64,000 nt of DNA, taken from Tubulanus polymorphus (lineage: Eukaryota > Animalia > Nemertea). Positions 10,925-25,900 of the stretch are shown here, in pieces. The notes below the pieces were generated by a model. The model was not told the origin of the DNA. It saw only the letters and a program-made list of their open reading frames with translations, and made no database searches. Every line of letters starts with the position of its first letter. Positions within the stretch are counted from its first letter, which is position 1. Where the stretch lies: contig NC_134032.1 of the NCBI RefSeq assembly GCF_964204645.1, forward strand, positions 868,001 to 932,000. The letters are read 5' to 3'. Position numbers and translations under genes: made by a program.

Positions 10925-13900
10925 GGTGTCCCGGGTTCGAAACCATTAATTATTTCTGATTATTATACTGATTATTATACTGTTTCAGAGTGGTCCAGTA
11001 CAGGGGTGTCTAGGGTTCAAACCCAGTAATTACTGACACTTATTTAGAGTGGTCCTGATGCTGAATAGAGGATGTACAGGGGTGCCCAAGGTTCAAACCC
11101 AGTAATTACTGACACTTATTCAAGGTGGTCCTGATGCTGAATAGAGGATGTACAGGGGCCTCCCGGGATCGATCCCGGTCTATTGGTACTGATCCAGAGT
11201 GTTCCTGATGCTGAATAGATGATGTATTGGCGTGTACCGGCCGTACGGTGCTGCCGCTATGCTCATCGTTAGCGGGTTTTTCATACCCGAAAAATTTTGA
11301 TATCTTAACAAAAGTAATTTCTGGCACTTATTTAGAGTGGTCCTGATGCTGAACAGAGGATGTACAGGGGTGTTCCGGGTTCGATCCCGGTCTATTAGTA
11401 TTGATTCTGAGTGGTCCTGATGCTGAATAGAGGATGTCCAGGGGTTTCCAGATTTCAAACCCAGTAATTACTGGCACTTATTCAAAGTGGTCCTGATGCT
11501 GAATGGAGGATGTACAGAGGCCTCCCGGGATCGATCCCGGTCTATTGGTACTGATTCTGAGTGGTCCTGATGCTGAATAGAGGATGTACAGGGGTGCCCA
11601 GGTTCGATCCTGGTCTATTGGTACTGATTTTGAGTGGTCCTGATGCTGGATAGAGAATGTACAGGGTCGTCCCGGGTTCGATCCCTGTCTATTGGTACTG
11701 ATTCTGAGTGGTCCTGATGCTGAATAGAGGATATACAGGGTCGTCCCGGGTTCGATCCCGGTCTATTGGTACTGATTCTGAGTGGTCCTGATGCTGGATA
11801 GAGAATGTACAGGGTCGTCCCGGGTTCGATCCCTGTCTATTGGTACTGATTCTGAGTGGTCCTGATGCTGAATAGAGGATGTCCAGGGGTTTCCAGGGTT
11901 CACACCCAGTAATTACTGGCACTTATTCAAAGTGGTCCTGATGCTGAATAGAGGATGTACAGGGGTGCCCAGGTTCGATCCTGGTCTATTGGTACTGATT
12001 CTGAGTGGTCCTGATGCTGGATAGAGGATGTACAGGGGTGCCCAGGTTCGATCCCGGTCTATTGGTACTGATTCTGAGTGTTCCTGATGCTGAATAGAGG
12101 ATGTATTAGCGTGTACCGGCCGTACGGTGCTGCCGCTATGCTCATCGTTAGCGGGTTTTTCATACACTAACGTAAGTCAACTCTGGCAATCGACGTGCTC
12201 TCCAGTAATATTCCGTAACCCTTGCTTGCCAGAGTAGACTTAAGTTAGTGTATGAAAATCCCGCTAACAATGAGCATAGCGGCAGCACCGTACGGTAAAA
12301 TTTTGATATCTTTACAAAAGTAATTTCTGCCACTTATTTAGAGTGGTCCTGGGCCTGATGCTGAATAGAGGATGTACAGGGGTGTCCCGGGTTCGATCCC
12401 GGTCTATTGGTACTGATTCTGAGTGGTCCTGATGCTGGATAGAGGATGTACAGGGGTGTCCAGGGGTGTCCAGGGTTCCAACCCAGTAATTACTCACACT
12501 TATTCAGAGTGGTACTGATGCTGAATAGAGGATGTACAGGGGTGCCCAGGTTGGATCCCTGTCTATTGGTACTGATTCTGAGTGGTCCTGATGCTGAATA
12601 AAGGATGTACAGGGGTGCCCAGGTTCGATCCTGGTCTATTGGTACTGATTCTGAGTGTTCCTGATGCTGAATAGAGGAGGTATTAGCGTGTACCGGCCGT
12701 ACGGTGCTGCCGCTATGCTCATCGTTAGCGGGTTTTTCATACACTAACGTAAGTCAACTCTGGCAATCGACGTGCTCTCCAGTAATACTCCGTAACCCTT
12801 GCTTGCCAGAGTAGACTTACGTTAGTGTAGGCAAATCCCGCTAACAATGAGCATAGCGGCAGGACCGTACGGTAAAATTTTGATATCTTAACAAAAGTAA
12901 TTTCTGGCACTTATTTAGAGTGGTCCTGATGCTGAACAGAGGATGTACAGGGGTGTTCCGGGTTCGATCCCGGTCTATTGGTACTGATTCTGAGTGGTCC
13001 TGATGCTGAATAGAGGATGTACAGGGGTGCCCAGGTTCGATCCTGGTCTATTGGTACTGATTCTGAGTGTTCCTGATGCTGAATAGAGGATGTGTTGGCG
13101 TGTACCGGCCGTACGGTGCTGCCGCTATGCTCATCGTTAGCGGGTTTTTCATACACTAACGTAAGTCAACTCTGGCAATCGACGTGCTCTCCAGTAATAC
13201 TCCGTAACCCTTGCTTGCCAGAGTAGACTTACGTTAGTGTATGAAAATCCCGCTAACGATGAGCATAGCGGCAGCACCGTCCGGTAAAATTTTGATATCT
13301 TAACAAAAGTAATTTCTGGCACTTATTTAGAGTGGTCCTGATGCTGAACAGACGATGTACAGGGGTGTTCCGGGTTCGATCCCGGTCTATTAGTATTGAT
13401 TCTGAGTGGTCCTGATGCTGAATAGAGGATGTACAGGGGTGCCCAGGTTCGATCCTGGTCTATTGGTACTGATTCTGAGTGGTCCTGATGCTGGATAGAG
13501 GATGTACAGGGGTGCCCAGGTTCGATCCCGGTCTATTGGTACTGATTCTGAGTGTTCCTGATGCTGAATAGAGGATGTATTAGCGTGTACCGGCCGTACG
13601 GTGCTGCCGCTATGCTCATCGTTAGCGGGTTTTTCATACACTAACGTAAGTCAACTCTGGCAATCGACGTGCTCTCCAGTAATACTCCGTAACCCTTGCT
13701 TGCCAGAGTAGACTTACGTTAGTGTATGAAAATCCCGCTAACAATGAGCATAGCGGCAGCACCGTACGGTAAAATTTTGATATCTTAACAAAAGTAATTT
13801 CTGGCACTTATTTAGAGTGGTCCTGGGCCTGATGCTGAATAGAGGATGTACAGGGGTGTCCCGGGTTCGATCCCGGTCTATTGGTACTGATTCTGAGTGG

Positions 13901-16900
13901 TCCTGATGCTGGATAGAGGATGTACAGGGGTGTCCAGGGTTCCAACCCAGTAATTACTCACACTTATTCAGAGTGGTACTGATGCTGAATAGAGGATGTA
14001 CAGGGGTGCCCAGGTTGGATCCCTGTCTATTGGTACTGATTCTGAGTGGTCCTGATGCTGAATAAAGGATGTACAGGGGTGCCCAGGCTCGATCCCGGTC
14101 TATTGGTACTGATTCTGAGTGTTCCTGATGCTGAATAGAGGATGTATTAGCGTGTACCGGCCGTACGGTGCTGCCGCTATGCTCATCGTTAGCGGGTTTT
14201 TCATACACTAACGTAAGTCAACTCTGGCAATCGACGTGCTCTCCAGTAATACTCCGTAACCCTTGCTTGCCAGAGTAGACTTAAGTTAGTGTATGAAAAT
14301 CCCGCTAACAATGAGCATAGCGGCAGCACCGTACGGTAAAATTTTGATATCTTTACAAAAGTAATTTCTGCCACTTATTTAGAGTGGTCCTGATGCTGAA
14401 CAGAGGATGTACAGGGGTGTTCCGGGTTCGATCATGGTCTATTGGTACTGATTCTGAGTGGTCCTGATGCTGAATAGATGATGTACAGGGGTGCCCAGGT
14501 TCGATCCTGGTCTATTGGTACTGATTCTGAGTGTTCCTGATGCTGAATAGAGGATGTGTTGGCGTGTACCGGCCGTACGGTGCTGCCGCTATGCTCATCG
14601 TTAGCGGGTTTTTCATACACTAACGTAAGTCAACTCTGGCAATCGACGTGCTCTCCAGTAATACTCCGTAACCCTTGCTTGCCAGAGTAGACTTACGTTA
14701 GTGTATGAAAATCCCGCTAACAATGAGCATAGCGGCAGCACCGTACGGTAAAATTTTGATATCTTAACAAAAGTAATTTCTGGAACTTATTTAGAGTGGT
14801 CCTGATGCTGAACAGAGGATGTACAGGGGTGTTCCGGGTTCGATCCCGGTCTATTAGAATTGATTCTGAGTGGTCCTGATGCTGGATAGAGGATGTCCAG
14901 GGGTTTCCAGATTTCAAACCCAGTAATTACTGGCACTTATTCAAAGTGGTCCTGATGCTGAATGGAGGATGTACAGGGGCCTCCCGGGATCGATCCCGGT
15001 CTATTGGTACTGATTCTGAGTGGTCCTGATGCTGGATAGAGGATGTACAGGGGTGTCCAGGGTTCCAACCCAGTAATTACTGACACTCATTCAGAGTGGT
15101 ACTGATGCTGAATAGAGGATGTACAGGGGTGCCCAGGTTGGATCCCGGTCTATTGGTACTGATTCTGAGTGGTCCTGATGCTGGATAGAGAATGTACAGG
15201 GTCGTCCCGGGTTCGATCCCTGTCTATTGGTACTGATTCTGAGTGGTCCTGATGCTGAATAGAGGATGTATTAGCGTGTACCGGCCGTACGGTGCTGCCG
15301 CTATGCTCATCGTTAGCGGGTTTTTCATACACTAACGTAAGTCAACTCTGGCAATCGACGTGCTCTCCAGTAATACTCCGTAACCCTTGCTTGCCAGAGT
15401 AGACTTACGTTAGTGTAGGCAAATCCCGCAAACAATGAGCATAGCGGCAGCACCGTACGGTAAAATTTTGATATCTTAACAAAAGTAATTTCTGGCACTT
15501 ATTTAGAGTTGTCCTGATGCTGAACAGAGGATGTACAGGGGTGTCCCGGGTTCGATCCCGGTCTATTGGTACTGATTCTGAGTGGTCCTGATGCTGAATA
15601 GAGGATGTGCAGGGGTGCCTAGGTTCGATCCTGGTCTATTGGTACTGATTCTGAGTGTTCCTGATGCTGAATAGAGGATGTATTAGCGTGTACCGGCCGT
15701 ACGGTGCTGCCGCTATGCTCATCGTTAGCGGGTTTTTCATACACTAACGTAAGTCAACTCTGGCAATCGACGTGCTCTCCAGTAATACTCCGTAACCCTT
15801 GCTTGCCAGCGTAGACTTACGTTAGTGTATGCAAATCCCGCTAACAATGAGCATAGCGGCAGCACCGTACGGTAAAATTTTGATATCTTAACAAAAGTAA
15901 TTTCTGGAACTTATTTAGAGTGGTCCTGATGCTGAACAGAGGATGTACAGGGGTGTTCCGGGTTCGATCCCGGTCTATTAGAATTGATTCTGAGTGGTCC
16001 TGATGCTGGATAGAGGATGTCCAGGGGTTTCCAGATTTCAAACCCAGTAATTACTGGCACTTATTCAAAGTGGTCCTGATGCTGAATGGAGGATGTACAG
16101 GGGCCTCCCGGGATCGATCCCGGTCTATTGGTACTGATTCTGAGTGTTCCTGATGCTGAATAGAGGATGTATTAGCGTGTACCGGCCGTACGGTGCTGCC
16201 GCTATGCTCATCGTTAGCGGGTTTTTCATACACTAACGTAAGTCAACTCTGGCAATCGACGTGCTCTCCAGTAATACTCCGTAACCCTTGGTTGCCAGAG
16301 TAGACTTACGTTAGTGTAGGCAAATCCCGCTAACAATGAGCATAGCGGCAGCACCATACGGTAAAATTTTGATATCTTAACAAAAGTAATTTCTGGCACT
16401 TATTTAGAGTGGTCCTGATGCTGAACAGAGGATGTACAGGGGTGTTCCGGGTTCGATCCCGGTCTATTAGTATTGATTCTGAGTGGTCCTGATGCTGAAT
16501 AGAGGATGTACAGGGGTGTTCCGGGTTCGATCCCGGTCTATTGGTACTCATTCAGAGTGGTACTGATGCTGAACAGAGGATGTACAGGGGTGTCCCGGGT
16601 TCGATCCCGGTCTATTAGTATTGATTCTGAGTGGTCCTGATGCTGAATAGAGGATGCACAGAGGTGTTCCGGGTTCGATCCCGGTCTATTAGAATTGATT
16701 CTGAGTGGTCCTGATGCTGAATAGATGATGTACAGGGTCGTCCCGGGTTCGATCCCTGTCTATTGGTACTCATTCAGAGTGGTACTGATGCTGAATAGAG
16801 GATGTACAGGGGTGCCTAGGTTCGATCTTGGTCTATTGGTACTGATTCTGAGTGGTCCTGATGCTGGATAGAGAATGTACAGGGTCGTCCCGGGTTCGAT

Positions 16901-19900
16901 CCCTGTCTATTGGTACTGATTCTGAGTGTTCCTGATGCTGAATAGAGGATGTACAGGGGTGCCCAGGTTCGATCCTGGTCTATTGGTACTGATTCTGAGT
17001 GGTCCTGATGCTGAATAGAGGATGTATTGGCGTGCACCGGCCGTACGGTGCTGCCGCTATGCTCATCGTTAGCGGGTTTTTCATACACTAACGTAAGTCA
17101 ACTCTGGCAATCGACGTGCTCTCCAGTAATACTCCGTAACCCTTGCTTGCCAGAGTAGACTTACGTTAGTGTAGGCAAATCCCGCTAACAATGAGCATAG
17201 CGGTAGCACCGTACGGTAAAATTTTGATATCTTAACAAAAGTAATTTCTGGCACTTATTTAGAGTTGTCCTGATGCTGAACAGAGGATGTACAGGGTTGT
17301 CCCGGGTTCGATCCCGGTCTATTGGTACTGATTCTAAGTGGTCCTGATGCTGAATAGAGGATGTACAGGTGTGTCCTGGGTTCGATCCCGGTCTATTGGT
17401 ACTGATTCTGAGTGGTCCTGATGCTGGATAGAGAATGTACAGGGGCCTCCCGGGATCGATCCCGGTCTATTGGTACTGATTCTGAGTGTTCCTGATGCTG
17501 AATAGAGGATGTATTAGCGTGTACCGGCCGTACGGTGCTGCCGCTATGCTCATCGTTAGCGGGTTTTTCATACACTAACGTAAGTCAACTCTGGCAATCG
17601 ACGTGCTCTCCAGTAATACTCCGTAACCCTTGCTTGCCAGAGTAGACTTACGTTAGTGTATGCAAATCCCGCTAACAATGAGCATAGCGGCAGGACCGTA
17701 CGGTAAAATTTTGATATCTTAACAAAAGTAATTTCTGGAACTTATTTAGAGTGGTCCTGATGCTGAACAGAGGATGTACAGGGGTGTTCCGGGTTTGATC
17801 CCGGTCTATTAGAATTGATTCTGAGTGGTCCTGATGCTGAATAGAGAATGTACAGGGTCGTCCCGGGTTCGATCCCTGTCTATTGGTTCTGATTCTGAGT
17901 GGTCCTGATGCTGGATAGAGAATGTACAGGGTCGTCCCGGGTTCGATCCCTGTCTATTGGTACTGATTCTGAGTGGTCCTGATGCTGAATAGAGGATGCA
18001 CAGGCGTTTTCAGATTTCAAACCCATTAAACACTGGCACTTATTCAAAGTGGTACTGATGCTGAATAGAGGATGTACAGGGGTGTTCCGGGTTCGATCCC
18101 GGTCTATTAGTATTGATTCTGAGTGGTCCTGATGCTGAATAGAGGATGTCCAGGCGTTTCCAGATTTCAAACCCAGTAATTACTGGCACCTATTCAAAGT
18201 GGTCCTGATGCTGAATAGAGGATGTACAGGGGCCTCCCGGGATCGATCCTGGTCTATTGGTACTGATTCTGAGTGGTCCTGATGTTGAACAGAGGATGCA
18301 CAGGGGTGCCCAGGTTGGATCCTGGTCTATTGGTACTGATTCTGAGTGGTCCTGATGCTGAACAGAGGATGCACAGGGGTGTTCCGGGTTCGATCCCGGT
18401 CTATTAGTATTGATTTTGAGTGTTCCTGATGCTGAATAGAGGATGTATTGGCGTGTACCGGCCGTACGGTGCTGCCGCTATGCTCATCGTTAGCGGGTTT
18501 TTCATACACTAACGTAAGTCAACTCTGGCAATCGACGTGCTCTCCAGTAATACTCCGTAACCCTTGCTTGCCAGAGTAGACTTACGTTAGTGTATGAAAA
18601 TCCCGCTAACAATGAGCATAGCGGCAGGACCGTACGGTAAAATTTTGATATCTTAATAAAAGTAATTTCTGGCACTTATTTAGAGTGGTCCTGATGCTGA
18701 ACAGAGGATGTACAGGGGTGTTCCGGGTTCGATCCCGGTCTATTGGTACTGATTCTGAGTGGTCCTGATGCTGAATAGAGGATGTCCAGGGGTTTCCAGA
18801 TTTCAAACCCAGTAATTACTGGCACTTATTCAAAGTGGTCCTGATGCTGAATAGAGGATGTACAGGGGCCTCCCGGGATCGATCCCGGTCTATTGGTACT
18901 GATTCTGAGTGGTTCTGATGCTGGATAGAGAATGTACAGGGTCGTCCCGGGTTCGATCCCTGTCTATTGGTACTGATTCTGAGTGGTCCTGATGCTGAAT
19001 AGAGGATGTACAGGGGTGCCCAGGTTGGATCCCTGTCTATTGGTACTGATTCTGAGTGGTCCTGATGCTGAATAGAGGATATACAGGGGTGTCCAGGGTT
19101 CGACCCCGGTCTATTGGTACTGATTCTGAGTGGTCCTGATGCTGGATAGAGGATGTACAGGGTCGTCCCGGGTTCGATCCCTGTCTATTGGTACTGATTC
19201 TGAGTGGTCCTGATGCTGAATAGAGGATGTACAGGGGTGTTCAGGGTTCGATCCCGGTCTATTGGTACTGATTCTGAGTGGTTCTGATGCTGGATAGAGG
19301 ATGTCCAGGGGTTTCCAGGGTTCAAACCCAGTAATTACTGACACTCATTCAAAGTGGTCCTGATCTGAATAGAGGATGTACAGGGGCCTCCCGGGATCGA
19401 TCCCGGTCTATTGGTACTGATTCTGAGTGGTCCTGATGCTGGATAGAGAGTGTACAGGGTCGTCCCGGGTTCGATCCCTGTCTATTGGTACTGATTCTGA
19501 GTGGTCCTGATGCTGAATATAGGATGTACAGGGGTGCCCTGGTTCGATCCTGGTCTATTGGTACTGATTCTGAGTGTTCCTGATGCTGAATAGAGGATGT
19601 ATTGGCGTGTACCGGCCGTACGGTGCTGCCGCTATGCTCATCGTTAGCGGGTTTTTCATACACTAACGTAAGTCAACTCTGGCAATCGACGTGCTCTCCG
19701 TAATACTCCGTAACCCTTGCTTGCCAGAGTAGACTTACGTTAGTGTATGAAAATCCCGCTAACAATGAGCATAGCGGCAGCACCGTCCGGTAACATTTTG
19801 ATATCTTAACAAAAGTAATTTCTGGCACTTATTTAGAGTGGTCCTGATGCTGAACAGAGGATGTACAGGGGTGTTCCGGGTTCGATCCCGGTCTATTAGT

Positions 19901-22900
19901 ATTGATTCTGAATGGTCCTGATGCTGAATAGAGGATGTCCAGGCGTTTCCAGATTTCAAACCCAGTAATTACTGGCACCTATTCAAAGTGGTCCTGATGC
20001 TGAATAGAGGATGTACAGGGGCCTCCCGGGATCGATCCCGGTCTATTGGTACTGATTCTGAGTGGTCCTGATGTTGAACAGAGGATGCACAGGGGTGTTC
20101 CGGGTTCGATCCCGGTCTATTAGTATTGATTCTGAGTGGTCCTGATGCTGAATAGAGGATGTACAGGGGTGCCCAGGTTCGATCCTGGTCTATTGGTACT
20201 GATTCTGAGTGTTCCTGATGCTGGATAGAGAATGTACAGGGTCGTCCCGGGTTCGATCCCTGTCTATTGGTACTGATTCTGAGTGGTCCTGATGCTGAAT
20301 AGAGGATGTACAGGGGTGCCCAGGTTCGATCCCGGTCTATTGGTACTGATTCTGAGTGTTCCTGATGCTGAATACAGGATGTATTGGCGTGTACCGGCCG
20401 TACGGTGCTGCCGCTATGCTCATCGTTAGCGGGTTTTTCATACACTAACGTAAGTCAACTCTGGCAATCGACGTGCTCTCCAGTAATACTCCGTAACCCT
20501 TGCTTGCCAGAGTAGACTTGCGTTAGTGTATGAAAATCCCGCTAACAATGAGCATAGCGGCAGCACCGTATGGTAAAATTTTGATATCTTAAAAGTAATT
20601 TCTGGCACTTATTTAGAGTGGTCCTGATGCTGAACAGAGGATGTACAGGGGTGTTCCGGGTTCGATCCCGGTCTATTAGTATTGATTCTGAGTGGTCCTG
20701 ATGCTGAATAGAGGATGTCCAGGGGTTTCCAGATTTCAAACCCAGTAATTACTGGCACTTATTCAAAGTGGTCCTGATGCTGAATAGAGGATGTACAGGG
20801 GCCTCCCGGGATCGATCCCGGTCTATTGGTACTGATTCTGAGTGGTCCTGATGTTGAACAGAGGATGCACAGGGGTGTTCCGGGTTCGATCCTGGTCTAT
20901 TGGTACTGATTCTGAGTGGTCCTGATGCTGAATAGAGGATGTACAGGGTCGTCCCGGGTTCGATCCCGGTCTATTGGTACTGATTCTGAGTGTTCCTGAT
21001 GCTGAATAGATGATGTATTGGCGTGTACCGGCCGTACGGTGCTGCCGCTATGCTCATCGTTAGCGGGTTTTTCATACACTAACGTAAGTCAACTCTGGCA
21101 ATCGACGTGCTCTCCAGTAATACTCCGTAACCCTTGCTTGCCAGAGTAGACTTACGTTAGTGTATGCAAATCCCGCTAACTATGAGCATAGCGGCAGCAC
21201 CGTACGGTAAAATTTTGATGTCTTAACAAAAGTAATTTCTGGCACTTATTTAGAGTGGTCCTGATGCTGAACAGAGGATGTACAGGTGTGTCCTGGGTTC
21301 GATCCCGGTCTATTAGTATTGATTCTGAGTGGTCCTGATGCTGAATAGAGGATGTCCAGGGGTTTCCAGGGTTCAAACCCAGTAATTACTGGCACTTATT
21401 CAAAGTGGTCCTGATCTGAATAGAGGATGTACAGGGGCCTTCCGGGTTCGATCCCTGTCTATTGGTACTGATTCTGAGTGGTCCTGATGCTGGATAGAGA
21501 GTGTACAGGGTCGTCCCGGGTTCGATCCCTGTCTATTGGTACTGATTCTGAGTGGTCCTGATGCTGAATAGAGAGTGTACAGGGTCGTCCCGGGTTCGAT
21601 CCCTGTCTATTGGTACTGATTCTGAGTGGTCCTGATGCTGAATAGAGGATGTACAGGGGTGCCCTGGTTCGATCCTGGTCTATTGGTACTGATTCTGAGT
21701 GTTCCTGATGCTGAATAGAGGATGTATTGGCGTGTACCGGCCGTACGGTGCTGCCGCTATGCTCATCGTTAGCGGGTTTTTCATACACTAACGTAAGTCA
21801 ACTCTGGCAATCGACGTGCTCTCCAGTAAAACTCCGTAACCCTTGCTTGCCAGAGTAGACTTACGTTAGTGTATGAAAATCCCGCTAACAATGAGCATAG
21901 CGGCAGCACCGTCCGGTAAAATTTTGATATCTTAACAAAAGTAATTTCTGGCACTTATTTAGAGTGGTCCTGATGCTGAACAGAGGATGTACAGGGGTGT
22001 CCCGGGTTCGATCCCGGTCTATTAGTATTGATTCTGAATGGTCCTGATGCTGAATAGAGGATGTCCAGGGGTTTCCAGATTTCAAACCCAGTAATTACTG
22101 GCACCTATTCAAAGTGGTCCTGATGCTGAATAGAGGATGTACAGGGGTGTTCCGGGTTCGATCCCGGTCTATTAGTATTGATTCTGAGTGGTCCTGATGC
22201 TGGATAGAGGATGTACAGGGGTGTTCCGGGTTCGATCCCGGTCTATTAGTATTGATTCTGAGTGGTCCTGATGCTGAATAGAGGATGTCCAGGGGCCTCC
22301 CGGGATCGATCCCGGTCTATTGGTACTGATTCTGAGTGGTCCTGGTGCTGGATAGAGAGTGTACAGGGTCGTCCCGGGTTCGATCCCTGTCTATTGGTAC
22401 TGATTCTGAGTGGTCCTGATGCTGAATAGAGGATGTACAGGGTCGTCCCGGGTTCGATCCCTGTCTATTGGTACTGATTCTGAGTGGTCCTGATGCTGAA
22501 TAGAGGATGTACAGGGGTGCCCAGGTTCGATCCTGGTCTATTGGTACTGATTCTGAGTGGTCCTGGTGCTGAATAGAGGATGTGTTGGCGTGTACCGGCC
22601 GTACGGTGCTGCCGCTATGCTCATCGTTAGCGGGTTTTTCATACACTAACGTAAGTCAACTCTGGCAATCGACGTGCTCTCCAGTAATACTCCGTAACCC
22701 TTGCTTCCCAGAGTAGACTTACGTTAGTGTATGAAAATCCCGCTAACAATGAGCATAGCGGCAGCACCGTCCGGTAAAATTTTGATATCTTAACAAAAGT
22801 AATTTCTGGCACTTATTTAGAGTGGTCCTGATGCTGAACAGACGATGTACAGGGGTGTTCCGGGTTCGATCCCGGTCTATTAGTATTGATTCTGAGTGGT

Positions 22901-25900
22901 CCTGATGCTGAATAGAGGATGTCCAGGCGTTTCCAGATTTCAAACCCAGTAATTACTGGCACCTATTCAAAGTGGTCCTGATGCTGAATAGAGGATGTAC
23001 AGGGGCCTCCCGGGATCGATCCCGGTCTATTGGTACTGATTCTGAGTGGTCCTGATGTTGAATAGAGGATGTACAGGGGTGCCCAGGTTGGATCCTGGTC
23101 TATTGGTACTGATTCTGAGTGTTCCTGATGCTGAATAGAGGATGTATTGGCGTGTACCGGCCGTACGGTGCTGCCGCTATGCTCATCGTTAGCGGGTTTT
23201 TCATACACTAACGTAAGTCAACTCTGGCAATCGACGTGCTCTCCAGTAACACTCCGTAACCCTTGCTTCCCAGAGTAGACTTACGTTAGTGTATGAAAAT
23301 CCCGCTAACAATGAGCATAGCGGCAGCACCGTCCGGTAAAATTTTGATATCTTAACAAAAGTAATTTCTGGCACTTATTTAGAGTGGTCCTGATGCTGAA
23401 CAGAGGATGTACAGGTGTGTCCTGGGTTCGATCCCGGTCTATTAGTATTGATTCTGAGTGGTCCTGATGCTGAATAGAGGATGTCCAGGGGTTTCCAGGG
23501 TTCAAACCCAGTAATTACTGGCACTTATTCAAAGTGGTCCTGATCTGAATAGAGGATGTACAGGGGTGTTCCGGGTTCGATCCCTGTCTATTGGTACTGA
23601 TTCTGAGTGGTCCTGATGCTGGATAGAGAGTGTACAGGGTCGTCCCGGGTTCGATCCCTGTCTATTGGTACTGATTCTGAGTGGTCCTGATGCTGAATAG
23701 AGAGTGTACAGGGTCGTCCCGGGTTCGATCCCTGTCTATTGGTACTGATTCTGAGTGGTCCTGATGCTGAATAGAGGATGTACAGGGGTGCCCTGGTTCG
23801 ATCCTGGTCTATTGGTACTGATTCTGAGTGTTCCTGATGCTGAATAGAGGATGTATTGGCGTGTACCGGCCGTACGGTGCTGCCGCTATGCTCATCGTTA
23901 GCGGGTTTTTCATACACTAACGTAAGTCAACTCTGGCAATCGACGTGCTCTCCAGTAAAACTCCGTAACCCTTGCTTGCCAGAGTAGACTTACGTTAGTG
24001 TATGAAAATCCCGCTAACAATGAGCATAGCGGCAGCACCGTCCGGTAAAATTTTGATATCTTAACAAAAGTAATTTCTGGCACTTATTTAGAGTGGTCCT
24101 GATGCTGAACAGAGGATGTACAGGGGTGTCCCGGGTTCGATCCCGGTCTATTAGTATTGATTCTGAATGGTCCTGATGCTGAATAGAGGATGTCCAGGGG
24201 TTTCCAGATTTCAAACCCAGTAATTACTGGCACCTATTCAAAGTGGTCCTGATGCTGAATAGAGGATGTACAGGGGTGTTCCGGGTTCGATCCCGGTCTA
24301 TTAGTATTGATTCTGAGTGGTCCTGATGCTGGATAGAGGATGTACAGGGGTGTTCCGGGTTCGATCCCGGTCTATTAGTATTGATTCTGAGTGGTCCTGA
24401 TGCTGAATAGAGGATGTCCAGGGGCCTCCCGGGATCGATCCCGGTCTATTGGTACTGATTCTGAGTGGTCCTGGTGCTGGATAGAGAGTGTACAGGGTCG
24501 TCCCGGGTTCGATCCCTGTCTATTGGTACTGATTCTGAGTGGTCCTGATGCTGAATAGAGGATGTACAGGGTCGTCCCGGGTTCGATCCCTGTCTATTGG
24601 TACTGATTCTGAGTGGTCCTGATGCTGAATAGAGGATGTACAGGGGTGCCCAGGTTCGATCCTGGTCTATTGGTACTGATTCTGAGTGGTCCTGGTGCTG
24701 AATAGAGGATGTGTTGGCGTGTACCGGCCGTACGGTGCTGCCGCTATGCTCATCGTTAGCGGGTTTTTCATACACTAACGTAAGTCAACTCTGGCAATCG
24801 ACGTGCTCTCCAGTAATACTCCGTAACCCTTGCTTCCCAGAGTAGACTTACGTTAGTGTATGAAAATCCCGCTAACAATGAGCATAGCGGCAGCACCGTC
24901 CGGTAAAATTTTGATATCTTAACAAAAGTAATTTCTGGCACTTATTTAGAGTGGTCCTGATGCTGAACAGACGATGTACAGGGGTGTTCCGGGTTCGATC
25001 CCGGTCTATTAGTATTGATTCTGAGTGGTCCTGATGCTGAATAGAGGATGTCCAGGCGTTTCCAGATTTCAAACCCAGTAATTACTGGCACCTATTCAAA
25101 GTGGTCCTGATGCTGAATAGAGGATGTACAGGGGCCTCCCGGGATCGATCCCGGTCTATTGGTACTGATTCTGAGTGGTCCTGATGTTGAATAGAGGATG
25201 TACAGGGGTGCCCAGGGTTCCAACCCAGTAATTACTCACACTTATTCAGAGTGGTACTGATGCTGAATAGAGGATGTACAGGGGTGCCCAGGTTGGATCC
25301 CTGTCTATTGGTACTGATTCTGAGTGGTCCTGATGCTGAATAGAGGATGTACAGGGGTGCCCAGGTTGGATCCCTGTCTATTGGTACTGATTCTGAGTGG
25401 TCCTGATGCTGAATAGAGGATGTACAGGGGTGCCCACGTTCGATCCTGGTCTATTGGTACTGATTCTGAGTGTTCCTGATGCTGAATAGAGGATGTATTA
25501 GCGTGTACCGGCCGTACGGTGCTGCCGCTATGCTCATCGTTAGCGGGTTTTTCATACACTAACGTAAGTCAACTCTGGCAATCGACGTGCTCGCTCTCCA
25601 GAGGCCTTTTTATGAACACTCGATTAGTATATTCGAGTATGCAAAACGTTTTTATGAGCATGGATTATGTCATAATCCGTCATTTTTATGAACATTGGTT
25701 ATCATAATCGATTAGCATACTCAGCATACTCGCTCGGCGAGCAAGTATGCCGATTATCTAATCCAACCGAAATGGTGTTCTCGGTAGAAGTCGCTGCTGA
25801 GTAGGCCATAAGTGAATAATTTCTACCTGGCGTTTTTATCAACCAACATACCCGGTTATGCTAATTGACACTAATCGGCTATATAATCTAAATAGCTAAT

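Noticed and set aside
11550-11700. True tRNA genes or hammerheads in the array monomer
   Set aside because: No acceptor or anticodon stem; CTGATGC lacks the CUGANGA...GAAA core.
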